A stretch of 64,000 nt of DNA. Origin: a virus. The first letter of the stretch is position 1. Each line of letters starts with the position of its first letter. The position numbers were made by a program, and so were the translations under genes. The notes beneath the pieces are model-generated. The model saw only the letters and a program-made list of their open reading frames with translations. It searched no databases and was not told the DNA's origin. This document shows positions 10,249-21,169 of the stretch, in pieces. Where the stretch lies: IMG/VR virus record IMGVR_UViG_3300032287_003559, positions 32,001 to 96,000 of that record, one strand, 5' to 3'.

Positions 10249-11964
10249 ATGGCAAAATTATTTGGATTCTCTATTGAGGATACTGAAAACCAATCACCCA
10301 CTGCTTTGTCTCCAGTCCCACCTAATAGTGAGGACTCGGCTGACTACTATCTAAGCAGTGGGTTTTTTGGTTCTTACGTAGATATTGAGGGAGTTTATAG
10401 AACAGAATTTGATCTAATTAAAAGATATAGGGAGATGGCACTTCACCCAGAATGTGATAGTGCAATTGAAGATATTGTAAACGAAGCAATAGTAAGTGAT
10501 ACTAACGATAGTCCTGTAGAAATTGAACTTTCAAATCTTAATGCTAGTGACGGTATTAAAAAGAAAATCAGAGAAGAATTTAAATATATTTTAGAACTTT
10601 TAGATTTTGATAAAAAATCCCACGAAATTTATAGAAATTGGTATATTGATGGAAGACTTTATTATCATAAAGTAATTGATTTAAAAAACCCAGAGGCAGG
10701 TATTCAAGAACTGCGATATATTGATGCAATGAAAATGCGTTATGTGAGACAAGCAAAGAAAAAGGAAGGTAATAGATATACATTCACGAACAGGAATATT
10801 GATAATCCAATGGATTTTGAGTTTCCTGAAATTGAAGAATATTTTGTATACAATCCAAAAATGACTTATCCGACAGGAACCCCTGCTCCAGGAGCTCTTG
10901 GAGGTTCTAGTCAAGGAATCAAAATGTCTAGGGATTCTATTACATATTGCACTTCGGGTCTTGTAGATAGAAATAAAGGATCAACTCTTTCATATCTTCA
11001 TAAAGCAATTAAGTCTCTCAATCAACTTCGCATGATTGAAGATAGTCTTGTTATCTATAGACTATCTCGCGCTCCAGAAAGAAGAATTTTTTATATTGAT
11101 GTAGGCAATCTTCCTAAAGTAAAAGCAGAACAATATCTTCGTGATGTAATGATGCGTTATAGAAACAAACTTGTTTATGATGCAAGTACTGGAGAAATTC
11201 GCGATGATAAAAAATTCATGGCTATGCTTGAAGATTTTTGGCTCCCTCGTAGAGAAGGTGGTCGCGGAACAGAAATTTCCACTCTTCCCGGAGGACAAAA
11301 TCTTGGAGAAATTACTGATATTGAATACTTTAAGAAAAAACTCTATCGCTCTCTAAATGTTCCACCATCAAGAATGGACGGCGAAGGTGGTTTTAATCTC
11401 GGTCGTTCTTCAGAGATTCTTCGCGATGAAGTAAAATTTAGCAAATTTGTTGCTAGACTAAGAAAGAGATTTTCTGCAATGTTTAGCGATATGCTAAAAA
11501 CTCAACTAATTCTGAAAAATATTATTACACCAGAAGATTGGAATGTTATGGATGAGCACATCCAATACGACTTTTTATATGATAATCATTTTGCGGAACT
11601 TAAGGATGCAGAACTATTAAATGAAAGACTTAACATGGTACAGGTTGCCGAACCGTATGTAGGGAAATATTTTTCACAAGATTATGTGAGACGTAAGATT
11701 CTTCGTCAAACTGATATTGAAATTATTGAGCAGGATAATTTAATCAAAAAAGAAATTAAAGATGGTGTTATTCCTGATCCAAATATTCCTATCGATCCTA
11801 CAACAGGAATGCCAATTCAACCAGGAATGGGTATGGATTTAGGACAACCAGTAGTAGAACCAAATCTTGATGGGGCAGCAGACGCTGGATCTACAAAAGT
11901 AGATGGAAAAGCAGTTGAAATGAATACAAATATTGTAAAAATGCCCAAGGGTGGTGAGATATAA
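10249..11964 (+). CDS. gp20: Portal protein gp20
   Basis: YRLSRAPERRIFYIDVGNLPK and EDFWLPRREGGRGTEI signatures. Confidence 0.98.
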   Translation: MAKLFGFSIEDTENQSPTALSPVPPNSEDSADYYLSSGFFGSYVDIEGVYRTEFDLIKRYREMALHPECDSAIEDIVNEAIVSDTNDSPVEIELSNLNASDGIKKKIREEFKYILELLDFDKKSHEIYRNWYIDGRLYYHKVIDLKNPEAGIQELRYIDAMKMRYVRQAKKKEGNRYTFTNRNIDNPMDFEFPEIEEYFVYNPKMTYPTGTPAPGALGGSSQGIKMSRDSITYCTSGLVDRNKGSTLSYLHKAIKSLNQLRMIEDSLVIYRLSRAPERRIFYIDVGNLPKVKAEQYLRDVMMRYRNKLVYDASTGEIRDDKKFMAMLEDFWLPRREGGRGTEISTLPGGQNLGEITDIEYFKKKLYRSLNVPPSRMDGEGGFNLGRSSEILRDEVKFSKFVARLRKRFSAMFSDMLKTQLILKNIITPEDWNVMDEHIQYDFLYDNHFAELKDAELLNERLNMVQVAEPYVGKYFSQDYVRRKILRQTDIEIIEQDNLIKKEIKDGVIPDPNIPIDPTTGMPIQPGMGMDLGQPVVEPNLDGAADAGSTKVDGKAVEMNTNIVKMPKGGEI

Positions 11965-11967
11965 ATA
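11960..11967 (+). promoter_or_regulatory. T4-type late promoter TATAAATA
   Basis: Exact consensus at the gp20 stop. Confidence 0.7.
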
Positions 11968-11994
11968 TACACAGTTACAAATTAATGCATAAAA

Positions 11995-12183
11995 ATGGAT
12001 GATTTACTGGATATGATTCTCGCGGACGAATCTCCCTCACAAATTAGTGATCAAATTAAAGATTTACTTTTTGCAAAATCTGCAGAAAGAATAGATTCTT
12101 TGCGTCCTTCTGTAGCAAATTCTATGTTTGGTCAAGATGAACTAAGTAATGATGAAGGAGAATATGGAGCAGAAGAAAACTGA
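11995..12183 (+). CDS. Small acidic protein (possible prohead core protein)
   Basis: 62-aa ORF directly after the portal gene, where T4-like phages carry small core proteins. Confidence 0.65.
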   Translation: MDDLLDMILADESPSQISDQIKDLLFAKSAERIDSLRPSVANSMFGQDELSNDEGEYGAEEN

Positions 12184-12195
12184 GAGTGATGAATA

Positions 12196-13071
12196 ATGGC
12201 AGGTCTGTCGGACTTTTTTAAACTTATTGAAGAAGAAAAAAAGAAACAGGATAAAGAACTATATTCTCTTCTTGGTGAAGAATTTTCCACGGATAAATTT
12301 ATTGATACTCTGATTTCATCTGCAAAAAAAGAGGTAAAAAAAGAAAAAATTATTGAAAAGAAAATAGAAAAAATATTTAATGATATCCTAATAGATGAAA
12401 AAGATTCTACAGAATCAAAAATAGTTGAAGAAAATATAGAAGAAATAATAGAAGAAGAACTTTTTGAAGAGACTGTTGAGGATCCTTTGATTGAAAAATC
12501 TTTGGGTCTTCTTTCAGAACCATCTAATATTAAACAACAAAACGATCCATTGACTCCAATAGATCAAAAATTTGCAACTCTTGAAGATTTACAGAATCAC
12601 TATAAGATTTTTATTTCTCGTATTCAACAACAACTTTCTACTCTTGGGGGAAGTGGTGAGACTCGTTTAGAATTTTTAGATGATGTTGATAGAAATTCAG
12701 TAAAGGTAAATAATAAATTTCTAAGATATAATTCAAATACTGGGAAATGGAAAGGTTCTGACGCTGGAGAAGGTCCATTTATATCTTCAACAACTTATGT
12801 AACTACATCATCTTATACAATTCTTGAAGGTGATTATTACATAGGAGTTAATTATGCCGGAGCGGTTACAATCACTCTTCCAAATGGAGTGATTCAAGGA
12901 ACAACATACATTGTAAAGGATGAACTTGGGGAAGCTTCCAAGGGAACAAATAGATATATAACAATACTTCCATCTGGATCTGATTTGATTGATGGTAGAG
13001 ATAGAGCAATTCTTGCTTTTGATTATGGTTCACTTACTTTTGTTTATAGAAACGGTTGGAGGGTAGTTTAA
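12196..13071 (+). CDS. Hypothetical virion protein: acidic N-terminus, C-terminal fibre-like beta domain
   Basis: 291-aa ORF; C-terminal YYIGVN..AVTITLP...YIVKDE...IDG...GW pattern resembles tail-fibre repeat units. Confidence 0.65.
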   Translation: MAGLSDFFKLIEEEKKKQDKELYSLLGEEFSTDKFIDTLISSAKKEVKKEKIIEKKIEKIFNDILIDEKDSTESKIVEENIEEIIEEELFEETVEDPLIEKSLGLLSEPSNIKQQNDPLTPIDQKFATLEDLQNHYKIFISRIQQQLSTLGGSGETRLEFLDDVDRNSVKVNNKFLRYNSNTGKWKGSDAGEGPFISSTTYVTTSSYTILEGDYYIGVNYAGAVTITLPNGVIQGTTYIVKDELGEASKGTNRYITILPSGSDLIDGRDRAILAFDYGSLTFVYRNGWRVV

Positions 13072-14291
13072 TGTCTCATTTATATCAACCAAGTTTAGAC
13101 CAACACGATGCATTTGGTCGTTTAAGAATTTCAAGTCCACTTACACTTTTTGATTCATCGCATAGATATAGGGATAATAATTTATGGACTAGTTTAGTTG
13201 TAGGAACTGGTTCTACTGTTGGATTTGTAACGACACAAGGATTAGTGCAGATTGGTATTGGAACTACTGCAGGATGTTCTGTTATCAGAGAAACAACAAA
13301 GGTATTTTCATATCAACCAGGAAAATCTCTGGAAGTTATGAATACTTTTGTAATGAATGCACCAAAACAAAATCTAATGCAAAGAGTTGGATATTTTGGA
13401 GCAGATAATGGAATATATTTTGAGGTTGATGGAAATACTGTAAATTTTGTTGAAAGAAGCATTGTATCTGGAATGATGTCTGAAAGCAGAGTTCCACAAT
13501 CACAATGGTTATATGATAAAATGGATGGAACTGGTCCTTCTGGACTTGTACTTGATACATCTCAAGCACAAATCTTCTGGATGGATATTGAGTGGTTAGG
13601 AGTCGGAACAGTAAGAGTTGGTTTCGTAATTGATGGACAATTCATTCACTGCCATTCGTTTCACCACGCAAATAGAATTCAATCAACATATATTACAACT
13701 GGTTCATTGCCTCTAAGATATGAGATTGCAAATACTGGAATTACAACAAGTTCAAGCACACTTAAACAGATTTGTTCCACGGTAATTTCAGAAGGTGGTT
13801 ATGAACTTCGCGGATTGCAACAGGCAGTAGGAACTGCAGTTACATCACCAGTCAATTTACCATTACCTGCCGGAACTTATTATCCAATAATATCACTTAG
13901 ACTTAGGACAACACCAAATCGTCTAGATGCAATTGTAATTTTGACGGCAATTTCAATGTTGGGTATCACAAATAATGCAAATTATAATTGGCAGGTGAGA
14001 GCAAGTTGCATTACGTCTGGGGGAACTTGGAATATTGCAGGTATAGATTCTGCTGTAGAATATAAAATTGACGGAGGAACAGTTAGTGGTGGTAGAGTTT
14101 TAGCAAGTGGATATTTCAATTCTTCACAGCAAGCGTCAGTTCCAGTAGATATTCTTAAGGAAGCATTATTTTCTTTCCAATTGGAAAGAGATGGTTTAAC
14201 TTCAACTCCATATGAGACGGCACTAGTTTGCTCTGCAAGTGTGAATGCCGACATTCTTGCTTCTATGGATTGGGAAGAAATTAGTAGGTAA
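13071..14291 (+). CDS. Hypothetical virion structural protein (beta-rich)
   Basis: ATG overlaps the upstream stop; DAFGRLR, YQPGKS, WLGVGTVRVG motifs; in the head module. Confidence 0.7.
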   Translation: MSHLYQPSLDQHDAFGRLRISSPLTLFDSSHRYRDNNLWTSLVVGTGSTVGFVTTQGLVQIGIGTTAGCSVIRETTKVFSYQPGKSLEVMNTFVMNAPKQNLMQRVGYFGADNGIYFEVDGNTVNFVERSIVSGMMSESRVPQSQWLYDKMDGTGPSGLVLDTSQAQIFWMDIEWLGVGTVRVGFVIDGQFIHCHSFHHANRIQSTYITTGSLPLRYEIANTGITTSSSTLKQICSTVISEGGYELRGLQQAVGTAVTSPVNLPLPAGTYYPIISLRLRTTPNRLDAIVILTAISMLGITNNANYNWQVRASCITSGGTWNIAGIDSAVEYKIDGGTVSGGRVLASGYFNSSQQASVPVDILKEALFSFQLERDGLTSTPYETALVCSASVNADILASMDWEEISR

Positions 14292-14301
14292 TCTCATATT
14301 T

Positions 14302-14309
14302 TATAAATA
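14302..14309 (+). promoter_or_regulatory. T4-type late promoter TATAAATA
   Basis: Exact consensus, intergenic. Confidence 0.7.
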
Positions 14310-14333
14310 ACTAATAAATGTATTATAAGAATA

Positions 14334-14888
14334 ATGACGCATAGACCAGTTGGGGCTGGGTCCTCATTCACATTTACTGCAGGAACTGCATCAACTTCAT
14401 CTACATTTTCAGTTCAATCTGATACTTTAAGAGTTGTTGCTGTTGGTAACGCTGCACATGTTGCAATTGCAGCAAGTCCAACTGCATCAACAACTGATTA
14501 TTATATTCCCTCCGGAACTGCAATAACTCTTGCATTGACTAAAGCATCTAATAGAGTTGTCGGTGTTACTACAGGAACATCAACGATTCTTACCTTTGCA
14601 GAGGGAACTCAGGCACCTTTCGGTGTTGGTGATTATATTAGTTTAACTGCAAATGCACAGTCATATTATAACTTTACTCACCAACAAGTTACGTCAGTAG
14701 ATACTACTTCTGGCATAAATGGATTTTTCCAAGGGAGAATTGTTGTAAGTTATGATTCAAGTGGAATTGTAACTTCCTTCTCTTCTCCAAATGCAACAGC
14801 AGTTATTTCTCAAAGAATTTCTGCTTATGGCGCAACTGGAGATGGATCACTTTATTATCAGCAAGTACAAATTACCAACCAAGCATGA
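14334..14888 (+). CDS. Hypothetical virion structural protein
   Basis: 184-aa Thr/Ser/Ala-rich ORF, late promoter upstream, coupled to gp21. Confidence 0.7.
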   Translation: MTHRPVGAGSSFTFTAGTASTSSTFSVQSDTLRVVAVGNAAHVAIAASPTASTTDYYIPSGTAITLALTKASNRVVGVTTGTSTILTFAEGTQAPFGVGDYISLTANAQSYYNFTHQQVTSVDTTSGINGFFQGRIVVSYDSSGIVTSFSSPNATAVISQRISAYGATGDGSLYYQQVQITNQA

Positions 14889-15538
14889 TGAAACTTATCA
14901 CAGAAGAAATAGAATCAGTAGAAGTTATTTCTGAAAATGTAAACGGTAAAAAGACTCTGTATATTCAAGGACCTTTCCTTCAGACTGAGCAACCAAATAG
15001 AAATAACAGAATATATCGTCTTCCAGTAATGGAAAGAGAAGTTAAAAGATATACTGAACAGTATGTAAATAAGGGACGTGCTCTTGGCGAACTTGGTCAT
15101 CCAGATGGACCAACTGTAAATCTTGATAGAGTTTCTCATAAGATCGTTTCACTTCATCGTGAAGGAAATAACTTCATTGGAAAAGCGCAGATTCTTTCCA
15201 CTCCTATGGGAAAGATTGCAGAATCTCTCCTTAAGGAAGGCGTAACTTTGGGAGTTTCTTCTCGTGGAATTGGATCTCTAAAACCAACTCGTGAAGGATA
15301 TAACGAAGTAGGCGAAGATTTTATGCTTGCAACTGCTGCTGATATTGTCGCTGATCCTTCTGCACCTGATGCTTTTGTTCAAGGAATTATGGAAGGAAAG
15401 GAGTGGGTATGGGATGGTGGGGTTTTGAGGGAGAAAGAAGCAGAAAACACTAGACGCAGAATAAACACTCTTGTTGATGAAGGAATTCTTGAAGAGTATA
15501 AAATATCATTATTCAATGAGTTTTTAAATTCATTGTAA
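14885..15538 (+). CDS. gp21: Prohead protease gp21
   Basis: MKLITE start, ALGELGHP, GVSSRG.GS, DIVADPSAPDAFV. Confidence 0.97.
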   Translation: MMKLITEEIESVEVISENVNGKKTLYIQGPFLQTEQPNRNNRIYRLPVMEREVKRYTEQYVNKGRALGELGHPDGPTVNLDRVSHKIVSLHREGNNFIGKAQILSTPMGKIAESLLKEGVTLGVSSRGIGSLKPTREGYNEVGEDFMLATAADIVADPSAPDAFVQGIMEGKEWVWDGGVLREKEAENTRRRINTLVDEGILEEYKISLFNEFLNSL

Positions 15539-15548
15539 TTTATTAATT

Positions 15549-15556
15549 TATAAATA
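15549..15556 (+). promoter_or_regulatory. T4-type late promoter TATAAATA
   Basis: Exact consensus upstream of gp22-gp23. Confidence 0.75.
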
Positions 15557-15593
15557 AATATAGATTAAATTAGAGGTTAATCGGAGAGTTCAA

Positions 15594-16748
15594 ATGTCTC
15601 GTGGAGATTTACAAGAAATGGAAGTAGGCACAAAGCAATCCAGAACCGCCGTAAATGCAAATGCAAAGGCGGGAGCACCAATGCCAAAACTAGATGCAGG
15701 TGCTGTTGCAGGTCAAACTGGAGATTGGGAAGATCTTGGTGGACCAGATCCTTCAAACTACCGCCCAGATGATGATTCAGCAAAACTTAAAACCCCTGGA
15801 GCAACTCTTAAGCAAGTAAGAGATGTTGTCAATAAGGGCGCTAAGGCTGCAGAACCGATGAAGGGTTTGAATAAAGAAGATACTGAATATGATGAAGATG
15901 AAGAACTCTTAGAAGAAATTGACGAAGAAGACGAAGATCTAGTAGAAGCAAAGAAAGAGAAGAAGGAAAAGGAAGAAGAGGATGAAGAAGATGAGGATGA
16001 AGAAGAAGATGAAGATATGAAGGAAGAGTATAGCATTGAAGAAGATGTCAATGCTCTCTTAGGAGGCGAAGAACTTTCTGAGCAATTCAAGGAGAAAGCA
16101 AAGACAATTTTTGAAGCTGCTTTAAAATCAAAAGTTACTGAAATTAAAGAAGCACTTGAAGTTCAGTATGAAGAGAGACTTTCTGAAGAAATTGAGGAAG
16201 TTAAAGAAGAACTTAAGAATCGTGTAGATTCATATCTAGAATATGTTTCTGACGAGTGGTTTGCTGAGAATACTCTCGTTATCGAGAAAGGACTCAAAAC
16301 CGAAATGACTGAATCATTCCTAACTGGAATGAAGCAACTTTTTGAAGAGCATTATGTAACAATCCCTGAAGATAAATATGATGTACTTGAGAGTATGGTA
16401 GAAAAACTTGATGAAATGGAGACAAAACTCAACGAGCAAATTGAGAAGAATATCTCCCTTAACAAGCGTCTCGCAGAGTCGGTTGCTGATGGGATTTTAG
16501 ATCAAGTTTCTGAGGGACTAGCTCTTACTCAGAAAGACAAGCTCGCTTCACTTGCCGAAAGTGTTGAGTTTGAAAGTGAAGAAGAATATCGTGAGAAACT
16601 GGAGACCTTGAAGGAGGCATACTTCTCAAGATCTGCATCTCCATCCGCTAAAACTGAAACCCTTTCAGAGGGAGTAAGCGTTGCACATGAGTCCGTCTCA
16701 AATTCAATGGCTACTTATCTGAAAACTCTTTCAGCATTCAGCAAATAA
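15594..16748 (+). CDS. gp22: Prohead core scaffold protein gp22
   Basis: Highly acidic coiled coil with LSEQFKEKAKTIFEAA and VDSYLEYV..EW; between gp21 and gp23. Confidence 0.93.
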   Translation: MSRGDLQEMEVGTKQSRTAVNANAKAGAPMPKLDAGAVAGQTGDWEDLGGPDPSNYRPDDDSAKLKTPGATLKQVRDVVNKGAKAAEPMKGLNKEDTEYDEDEELLEEIDEEDEDLVEAKKEKKEKEEEDEEDEDEEEDEDMKEEYSIEEDVNALLGGEELSEQFKEKAKTIFEAALKSKVTEIKEALEVQYEERLSEEIEEVKEELKNRVDSYLEYVSDEWFAENTLVIEKGLKTEMTESFLTGMKQLFEEHYVTIPEDKYDVLESMVEKLDEMETKLNEQIEKNISLNKRLAESVADGILDQVSEGLALTQKDKLASLAESVEFESEEEYREKLETLKEAYFSRSASPSAKTETLSEGVSVAHESVSNSMATYLKTLSAFSK

Positions 16749-16803
16749 TTGAATTTAATATAATTCAAACCCCAAACAAACACACTAGAAAAGGTAAACG
16801 CAA

Positions 16804-18234
16804 ATGTTCCAATCAGAGCATCTGCAGGAAAAGTGGGCACCACTCCTCAACTATGAGGGTCTTGATCCAATCAAAGATTCCCATCGTAGAGCAGTAACCG
16901 CTGTCCTGTTAGAAAACCAAGAAAAATTCCTTCGTGAGCAATCAGCTTTCGAAATGTCAGGTTCATTCCTGTCAGAAGCACCAACCAACTCAGCTAATGC
17001 TGTTGGTGGTTCTGGTGGTTTCGGTGGCGGTGCAACTGCTGCTGGTCCTACCGCAGGTTTCGACCCTGTTCTAATCTCACTAATCCGCCGTTCAATGCCT
17101 AACCTGGTCGCTTATGACCTGGCTGGCGTTCAACCAATGAGTGGTCCTACTGGACTCATCTTCGCAATGCGTTCACGTTATACCAACCAGAGTGGTACTG
17201 AAGCATTCTACAACGAAGTAGACTCTTCATTCTCTGGTCAAGACGCTGGATTCAACATTGCTGGTTTTGGTAGCACAAACGCTGGTCTTGGTACAACTGG
17301 ACCACAAAGAGGCACCAACCCATCAGTTCTTAACCCAGTTGGTGGTGGTGGCGATCAAGTAGCATACAACGTTGGACAAGGCATGCCAACGGGTGATGCA
17401 GAACAACTTGACGGTACTACTGGTGACGCATTCAACCAGATGGCTTTCTCGATCGAGAAAGTCACCGTTACTGCAAAGTCACGCGCTCTGAAAGCTGAGT
17501 ACTCACTTGAGCTCGCTCAAGACCTCAAGGCAATCCACGGTCTGAATGCTGAAGCGGAATTAGCAAACATTCTCTCAACTGAGATTCTTGCTGAAATCAA
17601 CCGCGAAGTCATCAGAACCATCTATAAGGTTGCTGAACAGGGTGCTGTACAGAACGTTGCAACCCCAGGTATCTTCGACCTCGACGTTGACTCCAACGGT
17701 CGTTGGTCAGTTGAGAAGTTCAAGGGTCTTCTGTTCCAAATTGAGAGAGATGCTAACGCTATCGCTCAGAGAACTCGTCGTGGAAAGGGTAACATCATCA
17801 TGTGCTCTGCTGACGTTGCTTCAGCACTGACCATGGCTGGTGTTCTCGACTACACCCCTGCACTCAACGCTAACCTGAATGTCGATGATACCGGCAACAC
17901 CTTTGCTGGTACTCTGATGGGCAAGTTCCGCGTCTATATTGACCCATATTCGGCTAACTTGACCTCAGCTAACGCTGCACCAGGTAACCAGTATTATGTC
18001 GTAGGTTATAAGGGTTCTTCCCCTTATGATGCAGGTCTCTTCTACTGCCCATATGTTCCTCTCCAAATGGTACGTGCCGTTGGTGAGAACAGCTTCCAGC
18101 CCAAGATTGGCTTTAAGACCCGTTATGGTCTTGTTTCCAACCCATTCGCTGAAGGCACCACTCAGGGTCTTGGTAGACTACAGGTTGACTCCAACCGTTA
18201 CTACAGACGTGTTGCAGTTAAAAACCTCATGTGA
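16804..18234 (+). CDS. gp23: Major capsid protein gp23
   Basis: DPVLISLIRRSMPNL, GVQPMSGPTGLIFAMR, SRALKAEYSLELAQDLKAIHG, QPKIGFKTRYG. Confidence 0.99.
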   Translation: MFQSEHLQEKWAPLLNYEGLDPIKDSHRRAVTAVLLENQEKFLREQSAFEMSGSFLSEAPTNSANAVGGSGGFGGGATAAGPTAGFDPVLISLIRRSMPNLVAYDLAGVQPMSGPTGLIFAMRSRYTNQSGTEAFYNEVDSSFSGQDAGFNIAGFGSTNAGLGTTGPQRGTNPSVLNPVGGGGDQVAYNVGQGMPTGDAEQLDGTTGDAFNQMAFSIEKVTVTAKSRALKAEYSLELAQDLKAIHGLNAEAELANILSTEILAEINREVIRTIYKVAEQGAVQNVATPGIFDLDVDSNGRWSVEKFKGLLFQIERDANAIAQRTRRGKGNIIMCSADVASALTMAGVLDYTPALNANLNVDDTGNTFAGTLMGKFRVYIDPYSANLTSANAAPGNQYYVVGYKGSSPYDAGLFYCPYVPLQMVRAVGENSFQPKIGFKTRYGLVSNPFAEGTTQGLGRLQVDSNRYYRRVAVKNLM

Positions 18235-18253
18235 GTCTTTCTCACAATTTTTC

Positions 18254-18280
18254 AAAGGTGCCGAAAGGCACCTTTTTTTT
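18254..18280 (+). terminator. Intrinsic terminator after gp23
   Basis: AAAGGTGCC-GAAA-GGCACCTTT followed by a T-tract. Confidence 0.9.
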
Positions 18281-18301
18281 ATCTAAATATTTAAAAAAAC
18301 A

Positions 18302-18847
18302 ATGGCAACTCAGATTGAAAATAGAAATTTTCTATCCCCTACAGGATTTAAATTTACTTTAAAAAGAAGTCCAAAAGTTGCATTTTTTTGTAATGAAGCA
18401 AACATACCCGAATTAAATCTTGGAATTGCTCTTCAACCGACATATTTGAAAGATATCGACATTCCAGGAGATAAAATTGTTTTTGGTGATTTAAATTTAA
18501 GATTTTTGGTTGACGAAAATCTTGAAAATTATATGGAAATTCAAAATTGGATTCGTGGATTAGGGTATCCAGAAAATCTACAGCAGTTTGCAGATTTAGA
18601 AAATCAAGGATTGATTCAAGGGAATTATGCCAAAGATAGGCAGAACATATATTCTGACGGCACCCTTCAGATCTTAACAAGCAGTTCTATTCCAAATTTT
18701 CAAGTCGTTTTTAAAGATTTGTTTCCTTATTCGTTAGGAACTCTTACCTTTGATGCAACATCTACGGATATTGCATACTTTACGGCAGATGTAAGTTTCA
18801 AGTATACTATCTACAGTATAACTGATCTTAGTGGAAATAATTTATGA
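18302..18847 (+). CDS. gp3: Tail tube terminator gp3
   Basis: NRNFLSPTGFKF, FLVDENLENYMEI.NW, FKDLFP.SL motifs; gp23-gp3-uvsY synteny. Confidence 0.9.
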   Translation: MATQIENRNFLSPTGFKFTLKRSPKVAFFCNEANIPELNLGIALQPTYLKDIDIPGDKIVFGDLNLRFLVDENLENYMEIQNWIRGLGYPENLQQFADLENQGLIQGNYAKDRQNIYSDGTLQILTSSSIPNFQVVFKDLFPYSLGTLTFDATSTDIAYFTADVSFKYTIYSITDLSGNNL

Positions 18848-19281
18848 GTATTGATTTAGCAACTATTCAAGAGATGTGGGAGAAAGATTCAAAAATAGAT
18901 CCAGATAATCTTCATACAGAATCTTTAAACATACCAACTCTTCATGCGAAATATTTTGATTTATATAATACAATAAATCTATTGAAGAAAAAAGCAGAAC
19001 AACAAAGAAAAAGAATTCGTCATGAAAGATATGAATATTTTACAGGAAAGGCAGATCCAGAAATTTATTTAGAAAATCCATTTCCCAAAAAGATAAGAGA
19101 TAAAGAAACGCTTCAAGGATATTTGGATTCTGACGAAAAATTATCTCAAGTATCTCTTAAAATTGAGTACTATGAAACTCTCCTAAATTATATTGAGAGT
19201 ATTCTTAAGGTTATTCAAAATAGAACTTACCAAATTAAGAATGCTATTGAATTTATAAAATTCCAGGCAGGTTATGGTTGA
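18844..19281 (+). CDS. uvsY: Recombination mediator UvsY
   Basis: LHAKY...NRTYQIKNAIEFIKFQAG C-terminus. Confidence 0.92.
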   Translation: MSIDLATIQEMWEKDSKIDPDNLHTESLNIPTLHAKYFDLYNTINLLKKKAEQQRKRIRHERYEYFTGKADPEIYLENPFPKKIRDKETLQGYLDSDEKLSQVSLKIEYYETLLNYIESILKVIQNRTYQIKNAIEFIKFQAGYG

Positions 19282-20755
19282 TACGACGAATTTGATTATA
19301 AGCAAGTCTAATGAAGTTTTTTTAAAGATAAGAACAGAACCTCATATAGAGTATGAATTAAGAGATCATTTTAAGTTTGAAGTTCCTGGGGCTAAATTTA
19401 TGCCCCAGTATAGAAACAAATACTGGAATGGTGAGATACATTTATATGATATTAGATCCAAGCAGATTTATGTTGGTCTTTTAGATAGACTAGTAAGTTT
19501 TTGTGAGCAATATGGATATTCATACAAATTTGAAACCAATAAATTCTATGGGCAACCCTTTGAAGTAAATGAAGATATATCATTTGAGGGTGTTAGAGAT
19601 TACATGCACTCTATTTGCTCACATTCTCCTCGACAGTATCAAATAGAGGGTGTATATGATGCATTGAGACACAATAGGAAACTATTGATAAGTCCCACTG
19701 CATCAGGAAAATCTTTGATGATTTATTCTCTCGTAAGATATTACGTAGATAAAGGTCAAAAAATTCTTTTAGTTGTTCCAACGACATCTCTCGTAGAACA
19801 GATGTATAAGGATTTTCTAGACTATGGTTGGGATGCTGAATCATATTGCCACCGTATCTATTCTGGAAGAGAAAAAACAAATGAACATTCTGTTACGATT
19901 ACTACGTGGCAATCAGTATATAAACTAGAACGTTCATTTTTTGAAGATTACAATGTGATTATAGGAGATGAAGCTCATTTGTTCAAGAGCAAATCTCTAG
20001 TTGAAATTATGACTAAACTTCATCATGCAAAGTATAGATTTGGTTTTACCGGAACTTTAGATGGAACTCAAACACATAAATGGGTTCTTGAAGGGTTATT
20101 TGGACCATCATATAAAGTTACAAGAACTGATGAATTAATGCAACAAGGACATCTATCTCAGTTGGATATTCGATGCCTTGTGCTTAAGCATCCTCCTCAA
20201 AAATTTGAAACCTATGAGGATGAAATACAATATCTTATTTCTCATGAGCAAAGAAATAAATTTATAACCAATCTTACTTTAGATTTGAAAGGAAATACTC
20301 TTGTTCTTTTCTCCAGAGTAGAAGCGCATGGAGCAGTTTTATATGAAAAGATAAATACTAACAAGCGAGATGATCGTAAAGTATTTTTTGTTCATGGCGG
20401 TGTCGACACCGAAGAAAGAGAGTTGGTTAGAGAAATTACAGAAAGAGAAAATAATGCAATTATTGTAGCTTCTTATGGAACTTTTTCTACCGGAATTAAT
20501 ATTAAAAATCTACATAATGTAATATTTTCTTCTCCTAGCAAATCAAGAGTTAGGAATTTACAATCAATTGGAAGAGTGCTAAGAAAAGGTAAAAATAAAA
20601 CAAAAGCAGTACTTTATGATATTGCAGATGATTGCACATACAACTCAAGAAAAAATTATACTTTAAATCATCTCATTGAAAGAATAAAAATCTATAATGA
20701 AGAAAATTTTAATTATGAAATAATAACTATACAACTTAAGAAAAATGGGAATTGA
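19274..20755 (+). CDS. uvsW: SF2 helicase UvsW
   Basis: SPTASGKS, DEAH, GFTGT, LQSIGRVLR motifs. Confidence 0.96.
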   Translation: MVDTTNLIISKSNEVFLKIRTEPHIEYELRDHFKFEVPGAKFMPQYRNKYWNGEIHLYDIRSKQIYVGLLDRLVSFCEQYGYSYKFETNKFYGQPFEVNEDISFEGVRDYMHSICSHSPRQYQIEGVYDALRHNRKLLISPTASGKSLMIYSLVRYYVDKGQKILLVVPTTSLVEQMYKDFLDYGWDAESYCHRIYSGREKTNEHSVTITTWQSVYKLERSFFEDYNVIIGDEAHLFKSKSLVEIMTKLHHAKYRFGFTGTLDGTQTHKWVLEGLFGPSYKVTRTDELMQQGHLSQLDIRCLVLKHPPQKFETYEDEIQYLISHEQRNKFITNLTLDLKGNTLVLFSRVEAHGAVLYEKINTNKRDDRKVFFVHGGVDTEERELVREITERENNAIIVASYGTFSTGINIKNLHNVIFSSPSKSRVRNLQSIGRVLRKGKNKTKAVLYDIADDCTYNSRKNYTLNHLIERIKIYNEENFNYEIITIQLKKNGN

Positions 20756-21140
20756 AGAAGACTTTTATGCTACAGTCAAATTAAAAACAGGTGAAGAAAT
20801 ATTCTGCAAGATCGCTGCATCAGAAGAAGAAGATAGGACAATGTTAATTATTTCCAATCCTATTGTTCTAGTAGAGGTTAAGAGTAGGAGTGGAATGATT
20901 GGATATAAAATTGAACCATGGATCAAAACTTCTACAGAAGATATGTTTATTATTAATCTTGAAGATGTTCTGACTTTATCTGAATCATCAGATATAGAAA
21001 TGATTATTATGTATCAAAATTATATTCGTCAATCAAATAAAGAAAAAACAAATCAAGCAAAACTAACAAGAAAGATGGGATACATCTCAAATGTTAATGA
21101 TGCTAAAGAGATCTTAGAGAAACTTTATAAGAATAGCTAA
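20745..21140 (+). CDS. Conserved hypothetical protein (Sm-like fold candidate)
   Basis: VKLKTGEEI...NP...PW pattern; between uvsW and gp55. Confidence 0.7.
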   Translation: MGIEEDFYATVKLKTGEEIFCKIAASEEEDRTMLIISNPIVLVEVKSRSGMIGYKIEPWIKTSTEDMFIINLEDVLTLSESSDIEMIIMYQNYIRQSNKEKTNQAKLTRKMGYISNVNDAKEILEKLYKNS

Positions 21141-21169
21141 ACCTAATCTTATCAACCTCAACAAAGGTA

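Noticed and set aside
15880-16040. GAA/GAT-rich repeat-like tract
   Set aside because: Encodes the acidic region of scaffold gp22; not a separate repeat element.
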